44,040 nt of DNA from an uncultured Parcubacteria group bacterium (GCA_903944135.1 CAJAQL010000001.1:1-44040); one strand, 5' to 3'; counted from the first letter of the stretch, positions 17,585 to 27,311 are shown. Program-made: numbers and translations. The notes: generated by a model from the letters alone, not told the origin.

Positions 17585-19120
17585 TTAAACTAATTCGTCA
17601 AGTACGCTCCGTCCTGTCATTTCGGACGGCTGGGGGATATGCATGATCTCAAGAAGGGTCGGTGCCACATCGGCAAGCGACCCCAATGTTTCCATCGTAA
17701 GCGATTCCTGATTGATGAATTTTCTTCCCTTGAATTCTTCCCCTATCAAGTGAAGCGGCACAGGACTCGGATCGTGCTGGCTTTCGGGCAGCCCGGTCAT
17801 CGGATTGATCATCTCTTCCATATTGCCATGGTCGCCAGTGATCGCAACGAACGCACCGGAACTTTCAGCGGCCCGGAGAACCCGTCCGATCTCGCGATCA
17901 ATGACCTGCACCGCGGCAATGCCAGCATTGTAATCTGCAGTATGCGCGATCGTATCAGGATTCGCATAGTTCACCAAGATGAAATCGAACGTGCGATTTT
18001 CCATCGCCTCAACGAGGCGGTCCGTGATCGGCTTCGCCATCATCTCGGGGTGCTCCTCCGGATGCAAACTTTCCTGCGATGGAATAAGCGTGCGATATTC
18101 GTTCAGAAACGGAGCTTCCCGCAAACCGTTGAAAAAATAGGTTACGTGCGCATACTTATAGGTTTCCGCAAGGCGGAGCTGGACTAGGTCGTGATCGGAA
18201 ATGACCTTTCCCAGGGGGTTCTCCACGGTGTCCGCCGGAAACGCAACCGGGACATTGAACGAATCATCATAATGGCTCATGGTTGCGACGTAGAGATTCT
18301 TGAAATCGATCGTTGCGAATTTGTCGAATGGTTTCACGATAAATGACGATGCGAGCTGGCGAATGCTGTCTTCGCGGTAATTGAAGAAAAACAGCGCATC
18401 GCCATCCTGTATTTTTTTATCATCAGAAAAACGCATCGGCGGAAGATATTCCTCCGTGACGCCGTTCTTATAATTCGCCTCAATGAGCGGCATCGGATCG
18501 GAAACCACGTTCCCGAACTGTCCCGTCATCGTTTGATAGGCGGCTTCGGTCAATCGCCATTCACCCTGGCGGTCCATGGCATAATAACGCCCCATCAAAC
18601 TCGCAAGATACTGCCGCGGCACTTCCTGTAAAAATTTTTCAAGCGTGTGCGGCGGGCTGTCTTTTGCATCGGCAAAAAGGTGCAAATTTATCTTTGGAAC
18701 TTTTTCCTGTTCCGCCATCTTGATGAGCGCCTTCAAATGATCGAGTGATGCATGAACATTCGCCTTCGTAAGCAGTCCCGCAAAATTTATCGCGCCGCCG
18801 GATTCACGGACATGAGCACACGCTTCTTTCAGCACTTTGTTTTCGAAAAAGGTGCCATCCTGGATCGCCATCATGATCTTCGGATAATACTGATACAACA
18901 CTTTCCCGGCGCCGAGCGTAAGATGGCCGACTTCGCTGTTACCAACCTCACCCCACGGCAAACCAACTGAAATACCCGAAGCCTGCAGGCTTGTCATGGG
19001 ATAATTATCATGAAGCCACGCGAAATTCGCCGGCTTTGCGACATAAATAGGGTTCGACGCATTGTTCGGACCAATGCCCCAACCATCAAGAATAATGAGA
19101 ACGAAAGTCCTTTTGGCCAT
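17585..19120 (-). CDS. gpmI: 2,3-bisphosphoglycerate-independent phosphoglycerate mutase
   Basis: LIILDGWG, GNSEVGH, GRYYAMDR, AETYKYAHVTYF, GDHGN. Confidence 0.97.
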   Translation of the reverse strand: MAKRTFVLIILDGWGIGPNNASNPIYVAKPANFAWLHDNYPMTSLQASGISVGLPWGEVGNSEVGHLTLGAGKVLYQYYPKIMMAIQDGTFFENKVLKEACAHVRESGGAINFAGLLTKANVHASLDHLKALIKMAEQEKVPKINLHLFADAKDSPPHTLEKFLQEVPRQYLASLMGRYYAMDRQGEWRLTEAAYQTMTGQFGNVVSDPMPLIEANYKNGVTEEYLPPMRFSDDKKIQDGDALFFFNYREDSIRQLASSFIVKPFDKFATIDFKNLYVATMSHYDDSFNVPVAFPADTVENPLGKVISDHDLVQLRLAETYKYAHVTYFFNGLREAPFLNEYRTLIPSQESLHPEEHPEMMAKPITDRLVEAMENRTFDFILVNYANPDTIAHTADYNAGIAAVQVIDREIGRVLRAAESSGAFVAITGDHGNMEEMINPMTGLPESQHDPSPVPLHLIGEEFKGRKFINQESLTMETLGSLADVAPTLLEIMHIPQPSEMTGRSVLDELV

Positions 19121-19230
19121 AGTAAGCTTATTCTACCATGATAAACGCCGCAAAAACATTGCATAATTCATTATTTTATGGTTTCTTATATTGAGAGTTT
19201 TTACGCGAGCCGAGAAAGGAGGCAGCGAGA

Positions 19231-19461
19231 ATGACCCAGTATGACCCATCTTACTGGGAAGACGACCAGTACGATCAATATGAAGCGATGTGCGGCGATA
19301 AAGTTCCGCACAAAACTCGCATGGAAGCTATCTCCGCCGCGGAGACGTATTTTCATGAAACCGGAGAACGCCTGGCTACGTATCCATGTGACTTTTGTGT
19401 TTTCTGGCACACCGGCCATAATCGACATCCTCAAAATCAGCGCAAAAGGAGAAAAAAATAA
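19231..19461 (+). CDS. Small putative Zn-binding protein
   Basis: AAAGGAGG SD; C...YPCDFCVFWH motif; basic C-terminal tail. Confidence 0.75.
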   Translation: MTQYDPSYWEDDQYDQYEAMCGDKVPHKTRMEAISAAETYFHETGERLATYPCDFCVFWHTGHNRHPQNQRKRRKK

Positions 19462-19590
19462 TGGACGGGAATACACGATGATTCCCGTCCATATCCATAT
19501 TTGCCAGCGACCCGCCAATTGAAAACAAAAGAAAAATACGGTAGCATATCCGAAGAACTTAGCGGTTCTTCCGAAAACGAGTTCTTCTAT

Positions 19591-19663
19591 GCCAGGGTAG
19601 CTCAGTGGTTAGAGCAGGGCTTTCATAAGGCCAAGGTCGTGGGTTCGACTCCCACCCCTGGCA
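19591..19663 (+). tRNA. tRNA with CAT anticodon (probably elongator Met; Ile2 not excluded)
   Basis: GCCAGGG/CCCTGGC acceptor stem, GCTC/GAGC D-stem, TTCATAA loop, GTGGG-TTCGACT-CCCAC T-arm; no encoded CCA. Confidence 0.95.
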
Positions 19664-19665
19664 CT

Positions 19666-19710
19666 GCAATGTAAAACCGGAACAATTTGTTTGTTCCGGT
19701 TTTACATTGC
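19666..19710. repeat. Perfect 20-bp inverted repeat directly after the tRNA
   Basis: GCAATGTAAAACCGGAACAA / TTGTTCCGGTTTTACATTGC. Confidence 0.9.
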
Positions 19711-19811
19711 CCTAATATGAAACAGGAGCCGAACGCCGGAGCAAAAATTTTCAGTAGAAAATTTTCGTGAGGCGGTGCCCAGGCCAAACGCGAGCGACGG
19801 CGAGCGCGAGA

Positions 19812-19840
19812 GTCGCGGGCGATTCCCATCCTTGGCACCA
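19812..19840 (+). repeat. Degenerate direct copy of the tRNA T-arm and 3' acceptor strand, ending in CCA
   Basis: GTCGCGGG-CGATTCCCATCCTTGGCACCA versus tRNA GTCGTGGGTTCGACTCCCACCCCTGGCAC. Confidence 0.8.
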
Positions 19841-19896
19841 CTTCGCCCGTTCGGGCTTTGCGGTGCCGACACACATTCGCCATCTTACGATCGGCT

Positions 19897-20325
19897 TTAT
19901 TTGCTTTTTTTAACAAATACCATGAGTCCTTTCCGTTTTTCATAACCGCATCTTTCCAGAAAACCGAAATTTTTGCGCTCGGTCTCGCCGAAAATGTCCG
20001 TTCCCGCGACGAGCGATTCAATCTTCTGCATCATGCGGGTTCCGATCCCCTGCCGCTGATATTCCGGCACGATCAGCATATCAAGTATTTTTGTCGTGGT
20101 TGCAAAATCGGAAAGCACGCGAGCAAAACCGACAAGCTCACCCGCACCGTTCCGGGCCGAAACCGCGATGTCGCAGCTTGCGATCGAACGCTTCATGCGC
20201 GCCGCGGAATACTTTTTTCCCGTCCCCCAGCCCAGTTCGACATAAAGAGCCGCCGCATCGGCGGGATCAATGGAGTTTTTATCCGCCGAGACGATAACGT
20301 CCGAATTCTTTTTTATGCTTGCCAT
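19897..20325 (-). CDS. GNAT family N-acetyltransferase
   Basis: LVGFAR and PEYQRQGIG acetyl-CoA binding motif. Confidence 0.9.
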   Translation of the reverse strand: MASIKKNSDVIVSADKNSIDPADAAALYVELGWGTGKKYSAARMKRSIASCDIAVSARNGAGELVGFARVLSDFATTTKILDMLIVPEYQRQGIGTRMMQKIESLVAGTDIFGETERKNFGFLERCGYEKRKGLMVFVKKSK

Positions 20326-21533
20326 GTTTCAATGATTTTTTTATATGCCCACGCGCTCGGACGGATCTTGCGCTCAAGCGTGCGGTAGTCCACTTCAACC
20401 AAGCCGAATCGCGGCCAAAACCCGCTGTCCCATTCGAAATTATCGAGAAGCGACCAATGGAAATAGCCGCGGATATCTGCGCCTTCATTTATGGCCCTTT
20501 TAACGGACATAAGATAGTTTTCGATAAACGAAGCTCGTTCTACGTCCCGCGCGTCGGCGAGCCCGTTCTCCGTTATATAGATCGGTAATCCATATTTTTG
20601 AAGTTGTTTCAATATCTGATACATGCTCTCGGGATAAATTTCCCATCCAAGGTCCGTCTTCTCTTTATTTCTGTTCTTATTGAGACCACCATCGACGCGA
20701 TTATGGAAATAATGATTGACCCCGATAAAATCGGAAGACTTGATCGTACGTTCGAGAAAATAAAAATTAACAAAACGATCCATGAGATATTTTAATGCAT
20801 CATTCACCAAACCGCCGGCCGATTCGAACCAGCTCAAATGCATCGCCGCTCCTACGTGCGCTTCCGGCGCAACATCCTTGATGCTCCGGTATGCCATATG
20901 ATGAGCCTTGATCATGCGGCGCATGCTTCGATAAAGCGATATAAAACCATGCTTTTCCGGCGGCCGCTGCCCTTTGTAATAACCATGGAAAGCGACGATC
21001 TCCGGCTCATTGATGGTCATCCAAAACGAAACATCCGCAAGAGAACGTGCCATATGATCGGCATAGCGCGCAAAATATTCAGGAAATTTACCATTCATCA
21101 CGCCCCCTTTCTCCGCCAGCCAAACCGGTAAAGTGTAATGCCATAAGGTGACGAATGGTTTCATGCCGCGCTCGCGGAGCGCCGCGACCACTTCCCGGTA
21201 ATGAGCGATTTCCTTCTCATCGAATTTCCCCTCTTCCGGTTCGACGCGCGACCACTCGATCGAGAAACGGTGCGCGGTATGGCCTAATGATTTCGCGATA
21301 TCGAAATCCTCGCGAAAACGGTGATAGTGGTCGCATGCGCGAGCGGAAACATAATTTTCTTCCTGAAGCGGACTCGGAAAACCGTTCAAGATATAGTCCG
21401 GCCACTTTTTTTCTTCGGCACGACGGGCAAGTTCTTTGGCATTCTTATGCTCCCATACGGTCCAATCGTTATGGGTGTTTCCTTCAACCTGATGTGAAGC
21501 CGTCGCCGCACCAAAGAGAAAATTCTGGATCAT
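20313..21533 (-). CDS. Glycoside hydrolase family 1 (beta-glucosidase-like)
   Basis: FLFGAATASHQVEG, RFSIEWSR, TINEP (acid/base), ITENG (nucleophile), DNFEW. Confidence 0.95.
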   Translation of the reverse strand: MIQNFLFGAATASHQVEGNTHNDWTVWEHKNAKELARRAEEKKWPDYILNGFPSPLQEENYVSARACDHYHRFREDFDIAKSLGHTAHRFSIEWSRVEPEEGKFDEKEIAHYREVVAALRERGMKPFVTLWHYTLPVWLAEKGGVMNGKFPEYFARYADHMARSLADVSFWMTINEPEIVAFHGYYKGQRPPEKHGFISLYRSMRRMIKAHHMAYRSIKDVAPEAHVGAAMHLSWFESAGGLVNDALKYLMDRFVNFYFLERTIKSSDFIGVNHYFHNRVDGGLNKNRNKEKTDLGWEIYPESMYQILKQLQKYGLPIYITENGLADARDVERASFIENYLMSVKRAINEGADIRGYFHWSLLDNFEWDSGFWPRFGLVEVDYRTLERKIRPSAWAYKKIIETWQA

Positions 21534-22633
21534 TCTTCCAATATTTTCTTCAATTTTGCATTTGGCTTCGGCGCCTTGATCATGAAATCGACCAAAAGGT
21601 CGCCGCGATTCGCGGAAAACATCTGATTGGCTCCGAAATGCGGCATACCTTCTCGCGGGATCCGCAAGTGATCCTTCAGATTGAATCCGGCCGGAATTTC
21701 GACGGTCACCTGCTTCCCCTCGATGGTAGGCACGACTATCTTTTTGCCAAGCAGAAGATCGAGCACATTCAGCTCATGTCTCACGATAAGATCGTTCCCT
21801 TGCCGCTCAAAGATCGAGTGATGCGCCACGCGTACACGTGCATAAAGATCCCCTGCTGCCGCCCCGCGTTCCCCCGCTTCACCCATGCCTTTTATCTTGA
21901 TCAGTTGATTGTCTTCGATGCCGGGCAAAATTTCTATCTTTATATCGCGCGTCGATATTACGCGGCCAGCTCCATGGCAGGACTGGCAGGCGTTTTTCGG
22001 AATTTCGCCAGCTCCATGGCATTTCTCGCACGTCTTAACCTGGGAAAACGCTCCAAAAAATGTATTTTTCTGTTCGCGCACCTGGCCCTGGCCGTCACAA
22101 GCCGTGCATTTCTCGAAACCGCTGCCCGCAGCCGCGCCCTTCCCCCCGCAGGTGTCGCACGTCGTAAATGTCCGCACGTGCAATGTTTTCGAAACACCGA
22201 GAAACGCCTCTTCAAGCGTGATCAGAACCTGTGTTTCGAGATCGGATCCCTGTTCTCGGGTCTTCCTTCGCGGACGTCCGCCCATACCCTCGAAAATGCT
22301 ATCCATGATATCACCAAAATCTCCCGTGTCGGAAAATTGCTCGGGGTCGAAACCAAAACCTTCGAACGGTGATCTCCCTTGGCTGGCACGAGCATCGCTC
22401 CACGACCCGCCAGCGCCAAAATTCGGCTCAGCGTTTCCGAAACGATCATACTGAGTTCGCTTCGTCTTGTCCGAAAGGATCTGGTACGCTTCATTGATCT
22501 CCTTGAATTTCTGTTCATTACCGCCAGGCCGATCAGGATGATATTGGTGCGCAAGCTTGCGATAGGCTTTCTTTACCTCTTCGTCGGAGGCGGTCTTTTC
22601 TATACCGAGAATGTGATAATAATCTTTTGGCAT
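21530..22633 (-). CDS. dnaJ: Chaperone DnaJ
   Basis: J-domain with HPD, G/F-rich region, four CxxCxGxG repeats, C-terminal domain. Confidence 0.97.
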   Translation of the reverse strand: MPKDYYHILGIEKTASDEEVKKAYRKLAHQYHPDRPGGNEQKFKEINEAYQILSDKTKRTQYDRFGNAEPNFGAGGSWSDARASQGRSPFEGFGFDPEQFSDTGDFGDIMDSIFEGMGGRPRRKTREQGSDLETQVLITLEEAFLGVSKTLHVRTFTTCDTCGGKGAAAGSGFEKCTACDGQGQVREQKNTFFGAFSQVKTCEKCHGAGEIPKNACQSCHGAGRVISTRDIKIEILPGIEDNQLIKIKGMGEAGERGAAAGDLYARVRVAHHSIFERQGNDLIVRHELNVLDLLLGKKIVVPTIEGKQVTVEIPAGFNLKDHLRIPREGMPHFGANQMFSANRGDLLVDFMIKAPKPNAKLKKILEE

Positions 22634-22692
22634 TGTTACAAATATAGTTCACTGTTCGACAATTTTCAATTTTTTCCGTACCTACCCTATCA

Positions 22693-22893
22693 TCACTTCA
22701 CTGCAACCCAGCGATGGCCCCATTCTTTCACCTTTTCTCCGTCATCTGTTTTCTTGATAGGAAAATATTTTATCTGATATTGTTTCCCTTGATATTCAAT
22801 GATGGTGCGCGATTTCGCCTTGGGATAAAGCTCGTCGAGCGTCCGAGTTATTTTTTCCTCTTCCGGTGTTGGCTGATTTTTATAGTTCGGCAT
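22693..22893 (-). CDS. Small hypothetical protein
   Basis: 66 aa ATG ORF co-oriented with the cluster and filling the gap; protein-like composition. Confidence 0.7.
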   Translation of the reverse strand: MPNYKNQPTPEEEKITRTLDELYPKAKSRTIIEYQGKQYQIKYFPIKKTDDGEKVKEWGHRWVAVK

Positions 22894-22945
22894 GTTTTTT
22901 ATTTTTTACCGAATCATAAAACATCGGAGATTAAAAAATTCTAAA

Positions 22946-23030
22946 GGAATTTTTTTCTTGGTTCGCTCGGAAAAAATGATCCTGCTGCAACAGGATCATT
23001 TTTCTCCTCGCTGCCAAGAGTAAATTTTTC
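22946..23030. repeat. Nested palindromic element
   Basis: Inner AAAAATGATCCTG/CAGGATCATTTTT; outer TCTTGG/CCAAGA plus AATTT/AAATT. Confidence 0.7.
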
Positions 23031-23039
23031 TAAAAGAAA

Positions 23040-24077
23040 TTAGAATTCGATCAGTTCTTTCGTCTGCGGCTGCTCCACGATACGGATAAAACCCGATGCG
23101 AGCAGCAATTCATAAAAGAGCATGGCTAAAAATTGCCCTATCCACACCACCACCACGCCGATACTGCGAAGGAGCAAGAACAATGCGATCCCCCAGCCCG
23201 CCATGAACCAAGTCGAAAATCGGCTTCTCCACCCATCAAGTATATTGACTATGGCAGCATACACCACATCGCTCATTGAACTGGTCGGCATCGCCGTCAC
23301 CCCGAGCAATTTAGAAAAATTTCCCTCCACCTGATTTGTCGCTTCGGAAATAACGGTATTCTGCGCCGAAGGCATCATCTCCGCGAACGTCGTGTTATTT
23401 ACCAAACCCGTCTTCGCTACGCTCTCGGCAAAATCATTGAACGATCCCGTGAGCGTGATGGTGGGATAGAAATTATTAGCCAAGCCCGCCGCCCAGGAAA
23501 AAAATCCGCCAAACATCGATTTTCCGATGAAGATCGATCCGAAGCTTGCAACGGGGAGGCATAAAATGATCGCCGCAAGAAGTCCCGCCGTCACCGTCTT
23601 GGCAACTATGCCGTGGGTCGATTTGAAGAACCTGATCGTGGTGCTGTGCTCCAATTCACTGCGGCCCTCGAAATAACCCGCCAAAAGAAGAATGAAAGCT
23701 ATCCCTGCGGAGATACCGACGATCTTCATGTCGGTCGCATAGAACGGCATAAAGAGCGCGATGATCTCAAAGATTAAAACACCGATCTGCCCCCACGCCT
23801 TTTTGCAGGTTAAAGTCTCAAGCGTCAGCGCCACGATGAACAGCAGAAATGCACCGATCGACAGAAGAAGCGGCCAAGTCCCTTCAAGAAATTTAAAATA
23901 GGAATATCCCGTAAGGAAAGCTGCGACGATGCCTATCGCATCGAGAACGATGGACTTATAGAATCCCGGCGGCCTATCGACGGGTTCCGTAATCCTTACC
24001 TCAGTCGGCTTTAGGAGATTCTGGTTCTGGACCTGGCTCCGTCCCAGGATTCTCGGTGGTTGTATCTGATCCGCCAT
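23040..24077 (-). CDS. Multi-pass membrane hypothetical protein
   Basis: About 7 TM segments; the only plausible ATG before TM1 is at 24077, inside dnaK, preceded by TATAAT. Confidence 0.82.
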   Translation of the reverse strand: MADQIQPPRILGRSQVQNQNLLKPTEVRITEPVDRPPGFYKSIVLDAIGIVAAFLTGYSYFKFLEGTWPLLLSIGAFLLFIVALTLETLTCKKAWGQIGVLIFEIIALFMPFYATDMKIVGISAGIAFILLLAGYFEGRSELEHSTTIRFFKSTHGIVAKTVTAGLLAAIILCLPVASFGSIFIGKSMFGGFFSWAAGLANNFYPTITLTGSFNDFAESVAKTGLVNNTTFAEMMPSAQNTVISEATNQVEGNFSKLLGVTAMPTSSMSDVVYAAIVNILDGWRSRFSTWFMAGWGIALFLLLRSIGVVVVWIGQFLAMLFYELLLASGFIRIVEQPQTKELIEF

Positions 24078-25896
24078 TGTCTTTATTATACACTGCTTGG
24101 CCGATCTTTTGCAGTTCCGTTCCAAGCGCTTCAATGGCCGCCTTGATGGCCGCGACATCCTCGCCATCTTTCACCTTCTTGATTTCTTCGAGCTTCGCAT
24201 CGATACCCGTCTTCACGTCGGCCGGCAACTTATCGCCGGCATCCTTCATGGATTTCTCCGCAAGATAGATCGACGACTCCGCCTGGTTGCGCACATCAAT
24301 GAGCTCTTTCTTCTTCTCGTCTTCCGCCGCATGCGCCGAAGCTTCAGCCTTCATCTTTTCGATATCGTCTTTCGAAAGATTGGTTGAGGCCTGGATCTTC
24401 ACTGACTGCATCTTACCCGTGCCCTTATCCTTCGCGGAAACGTTCAAGATACCGTTCGCATCGATATCGAACGAAACCTCAATCTGCGGCAAGCCGCGCG
24501 GTGACGGCGGAATGCCATCTAAAATGAATCGCGCAAGCGTCTTGTTGTCTCCCGCCATTGGGCGTTCGCCCTGCGTGATATGCACCTCGACCGACGTCTG
24601 ATTGTCGGCTGCCGTCGAGAACGTCTGCGTCTTCGCGGTCGGCACCGTCGTGTTCTTCGGGATCATCGGCGTCGCCACGCCGCCATAGGTTTCGATCGAG
24701 AGCGAAAGCGGGGTCACATCCAAAAGCAAAATATCTTTCACATCGCCCTGCAAGATGCCGGCCTGCACCGCCGCACCCTGCGCGACGACCTCGTCCGGAT
24801 TGATGCCCTGATGCGGATCCTTGCCGAACAGATTCTTCACCGCTTCGACCATCGCCGGCATCCGTGTCTGGCCGCCGACCATGATCACTTCGTTCATATC
24901 GGAAAGCTGGAATCCCGCACCCTTCGGCGCCGGTGCCGTCACCGTTTCCTTCGTAAGCTGGATCGAGCGGTCGATATATTCCTGAACAAGCGATTCAAGC
25001 TTTGCACGCGAAAGTTTCATCACGAAATGCTTCGGGCCGTTCGCATCGGATGAAATGTACGGCAGATTGATCTCCGTTTCCATCGCAGTCGAAAGTTCAT
25101 GCTTCGCTTTTTCCGCAGCTTCCTTCAAACGCTGAAGCGCCAGAGAATCTTTCGAAAGGTCGATGCCTTCCTGCTTCTTGTATTCGCCGAGGAGGTATTC
25201 CTGTATCTTTTTATCGAAATCGTCGCCCCCCAAATGCGTATCGCCGCCGGTCGCTTTTACCTCGACCGTATCATCGCCGATTTCCAGGACCGAGATGTCG
25301 AATGTACCTCCGCCAAAATCATAAACGACGATCTTCTCGTTCTTCTGCTTGTTCATGCCGTAGGCCAAGGCCGCAGCCGTCGGTTCATTTAAAATACGGC
25401 GCACTTTGAGGCCTGCAATCTCGCCCGCGTTCTTCGTTGCCTGCCGCTCGGAATCATCGAAATATGCGGGAACGGTGATCACGGCCTCCTCCACTTTCTC
25501 GCCGAGCCGCGCTTCCGCATCGGCTTTCAATTTTCCAAGGATCGCCGCCGAGATCTCTTCCGGCGAATACCACTTGTCGCCCATCTTCACCTCGACGCCA
25601 CCCGTCGCACCTGCCTGAATCTCATATGGCAGCCATGCCTTGTCGCGCTGAACCTCCGGATCCGTGAACTTGCGGCCCATCAAGCGCTTCACCGAAAAGA
25701 TCGTGTTTTTCGGATTCGTCACCGACTGGCGCTTTGCAAGCAAGCCCACGAGCCGCTCGTTCGTTTTTGAGACCGCAACGATAGACGGCGTCGTTCGATT
25801 GCCCTCGGAGTTTTCCAGGATCTTCGGCTCGCCGCCTTCCATCACCGCCACCGCTGAATTTGTCGTCCCAAGGTCAATGCCGATTATTTTAGCCAT
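24001..25896 (-). CDS. dnaK: Chaperone DnaK (Hsp70)
   Basis: [37 protein letters not shown]. Confidence 0.99.
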   Translation of the reverse strand: MAKIIGIDLGTTNSAVAVMEGGEPKILENSEGNRTTPSIVAVSKTNERLVGLLAKRQSVTNPKNTIFSVKRLMGRKFTDPEVQRDKAWLPYEIQAGATGGVEVKMGDKWYSPEEISAAILGKLKADAEARLGEKVEEAVITVPAYFDDSERQATKNAGEIAGLKVRRILNEPTAAALAYGMNKQKNEKIVVYDFGGGTFDISVLEIGDDTVEVKATGGDTHLGGDDFDKKIQEYLLGEYKKQEGIDLSKDSLALQRLKEAAEKAKHELSTAMETEINLPYISSDANGPKHFVMKLSRAKLESLVQEYIDRSIQLTKETVTAPAPKGAGFQLSDMNEVIMVGGQTRMPAMVEAVKNLFGKDPHQGINPDEVVAQGAAVQAGILQGDVKDILLLDVTPLSLSIETYGGVATPMIPKNTTVPTAKTQTFSTAADNQTSVEVHITQGERPMAGDNKTLARFILDGIPPSPRGLPQIEVSFDIDANGILNVSAKDKGTGKMQSVKIQASTNLSKDDIEKMKAEASAHAAEDEKKKELIDVRNQAESSIYLAEKSMKDAGDKLPADVKTGIDAKLEEIKKVKDGEDVAAIKAAIEALGTELQKIGQAVYNKDNGGSDTTTENPGTEPGPEPESPKAD

Positions 25897-25950
25897 ATTT
25901 TTTATTAATTATTTAATTATTTGATGATTCGTCCTTTTTTCTGCATTTTT

Positions 25951-26010
25951 CTGTCATCCCCGCGAAGGCGGAAACCCGGAACTGGTTCCCCGCCTTCGCG
26001 GGGATGACAG
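25951..26010. repeat. REP-like palindromic element
   Basis: 21-bp perfect inverted repeat CTGTCATCCCCGCGAAGGCGG / CCGCCTTCGCGGGGATGACAG. Confidence 0.88.
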
Positions 26011-26013
26011 CGA

Positions 26014-26538
26014 TTACGCCGTTGTTTTTCCTTTGCTCACGATCACCCGACTTGCCCGCAGGACCTTTTCATGTAAACGGTATCCCGGTTCGATCTCTTC
26101 AACGACCGCATCGTGCGGCAAATCGTTTTCTACCTCGGTCATCGCCTCCATCATCGCCGGATCGAACGCCTCGCCTACCTTTATTTCTATCTTTTCCAGT
26201 CCGCGCTTTTTTAAAATGTCTTCGATCTGCGAACGGATCAGATAAATGCCTTTTTCTACCGGCCCCGCTTTTTCCATCGCACGGAGGCCAAGATCAAAAT
26301 TATCCATCACTGAGATCAGGTCTTTGATAAGATCTTCACTGCCGTACTTCACCGCTTCCTGAAGGTGCGCCATCTCATCCTTTTTATAATTGATGAAATC
26401 CGCCTTCGCCCTCTGCCAACCGGCAAGATATTCATCGCGCTGTTTCTCGGCTTCCGCAAGCTTCGTTTCCAATTCGCTCTCATCCACGACCGGCAAATCC
26501 TCCTCTGTCTGATTATCTTTATTTTGTGGTTCGTCCAT
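26014..26538 (-). CDS. grpE: Nucleotide exchange factor GrpE
   Basis: QRAKADFINYKK, FDPAMMEA, GYRLHEKVLRASRV; start trimmed to MDEPQ. Confidence 0.96.
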   Translation of the reverse strand: MDEPQNKDNQTEEDLPVVDESELETKLAEAEKQRDEYLAGWQRAKADFINYKKDEMAHLQEAVKYGSEDLIKDLISVMDNFDLGLRAMEKAGPVEKGIYLIRSQIEDILKKRGLEKIEIKVGEAFDPAMMEAMTEVENDLPHDAVVEEIEPGYRLHEKVLRASRVIVSKGKTTA

Positions 26539-26551
26539 GATTTTGGTTTCC

Positions 26552-26629
26552 GTCATTCCGGCGAAGGCCGGAATCTATGCTTTTCATCCGAAGACTGAAA
26601 GCATGGATCCTCGCCTCCGCGAGGACGAC
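26552..26629. repeat. REP-like inverted pair
   Basis: GTCATTCCGGCGAAGGCCGGAATCTA ... TGGATCCTCGCCTCCGCGAGGACGAC. Confidence 0.8.
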
Positions 26630-26636
26630 AAGTAAA

Positions 26637-27305
26637 TTATAAGTTTTTAAATATTCTGATCGCTTTTTTGTAGTCCATGCATTTCGGGCCGATCGCGAAG
26701 ACCGAGACCGTTGCATCTCCTATTTTGTAATTGCCGCCGACCACGGCAAGCTGTTCGCTTTTTGTCACGGGACTTTTTTTGCCGATGAAAACCTGCGGAC
26801 CGACGCCGATCTTTTCTGCCGCCCGCGGCGCACGTTCATCCACTGCCTCGAAATCGCGGATCACCGAACGGATCCCCTCGCGATCGCTCCAATCGAGATG
26901 TTCCACAAGCTCGTCGAGCCCGGTTTTATAGATCGCATCATGGGCAACATCCGCAATGACGCCCAAAATGCCAAGTTCATCCGACATCTCTTCGGCAAGG
27001 TCCATCCATGCCGCCCGCAAAAAAAGCTGATGCAGCATCGTCTCACGCAACGCCTCGGCCTCCACCTGCAGAAAATGCCGCGCAAAAAGCTCATAGCCGG
27101 CGTTCGTCGGAATCCGACCCGCGGAATGATAGGGTTGTTCAAGATATCCCTCACCCTCCAGAGCATCAAGCTCAAGACGGATCATCGCCGGCTTGATGCC
27201 GAAATCATACTGGTTATAAAGCCACCCCGAGCTCACTGGCTCCCGGGTGTCGATGAATCCCTGGATAACGGCCTGTAATATCTGTTCCCCTCGCTCCGTA
27301 AGCAT
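26637..27305 (-). CDS. hrcA: Heat-inducible repressor HrcA (short form)
   Basis: MLTERGEQIL, EPVSS, AMIRLEL, YLEQPYHSAGRIPT, IGPKCMDY; first gene before grpE-dnaK. Confidence 0.93.
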   Translation of the reverse strand: MLTERGEQILQAVIQGFIDTREPVSSGWLYNQYDFGIKPAMIRLELDALEGEGYLEQPYHSAGRIPTNAGYELFARHFLQVEAEALRETMLHQLFLRAAWMDLAEEMSDELGILGVIADVAHDAIYKTGLDELVEHLDWSDREGIRSVIRDFEAVDERAPRAAEKIGVGPQVFIGKKSPVTKSEQLAVVGGNYKIGDATVSVFAIGPKCMDYKKAIRIFKNL

Positions 27306-27311
27306 ATTTAA

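Noticed and set aside
19591-19663. Initiator tRNA-fMet
   Set aside because: Positions 1-72 are paired G-C and the anticodon stem lacks the three consecutive G-C pairs next to the loop
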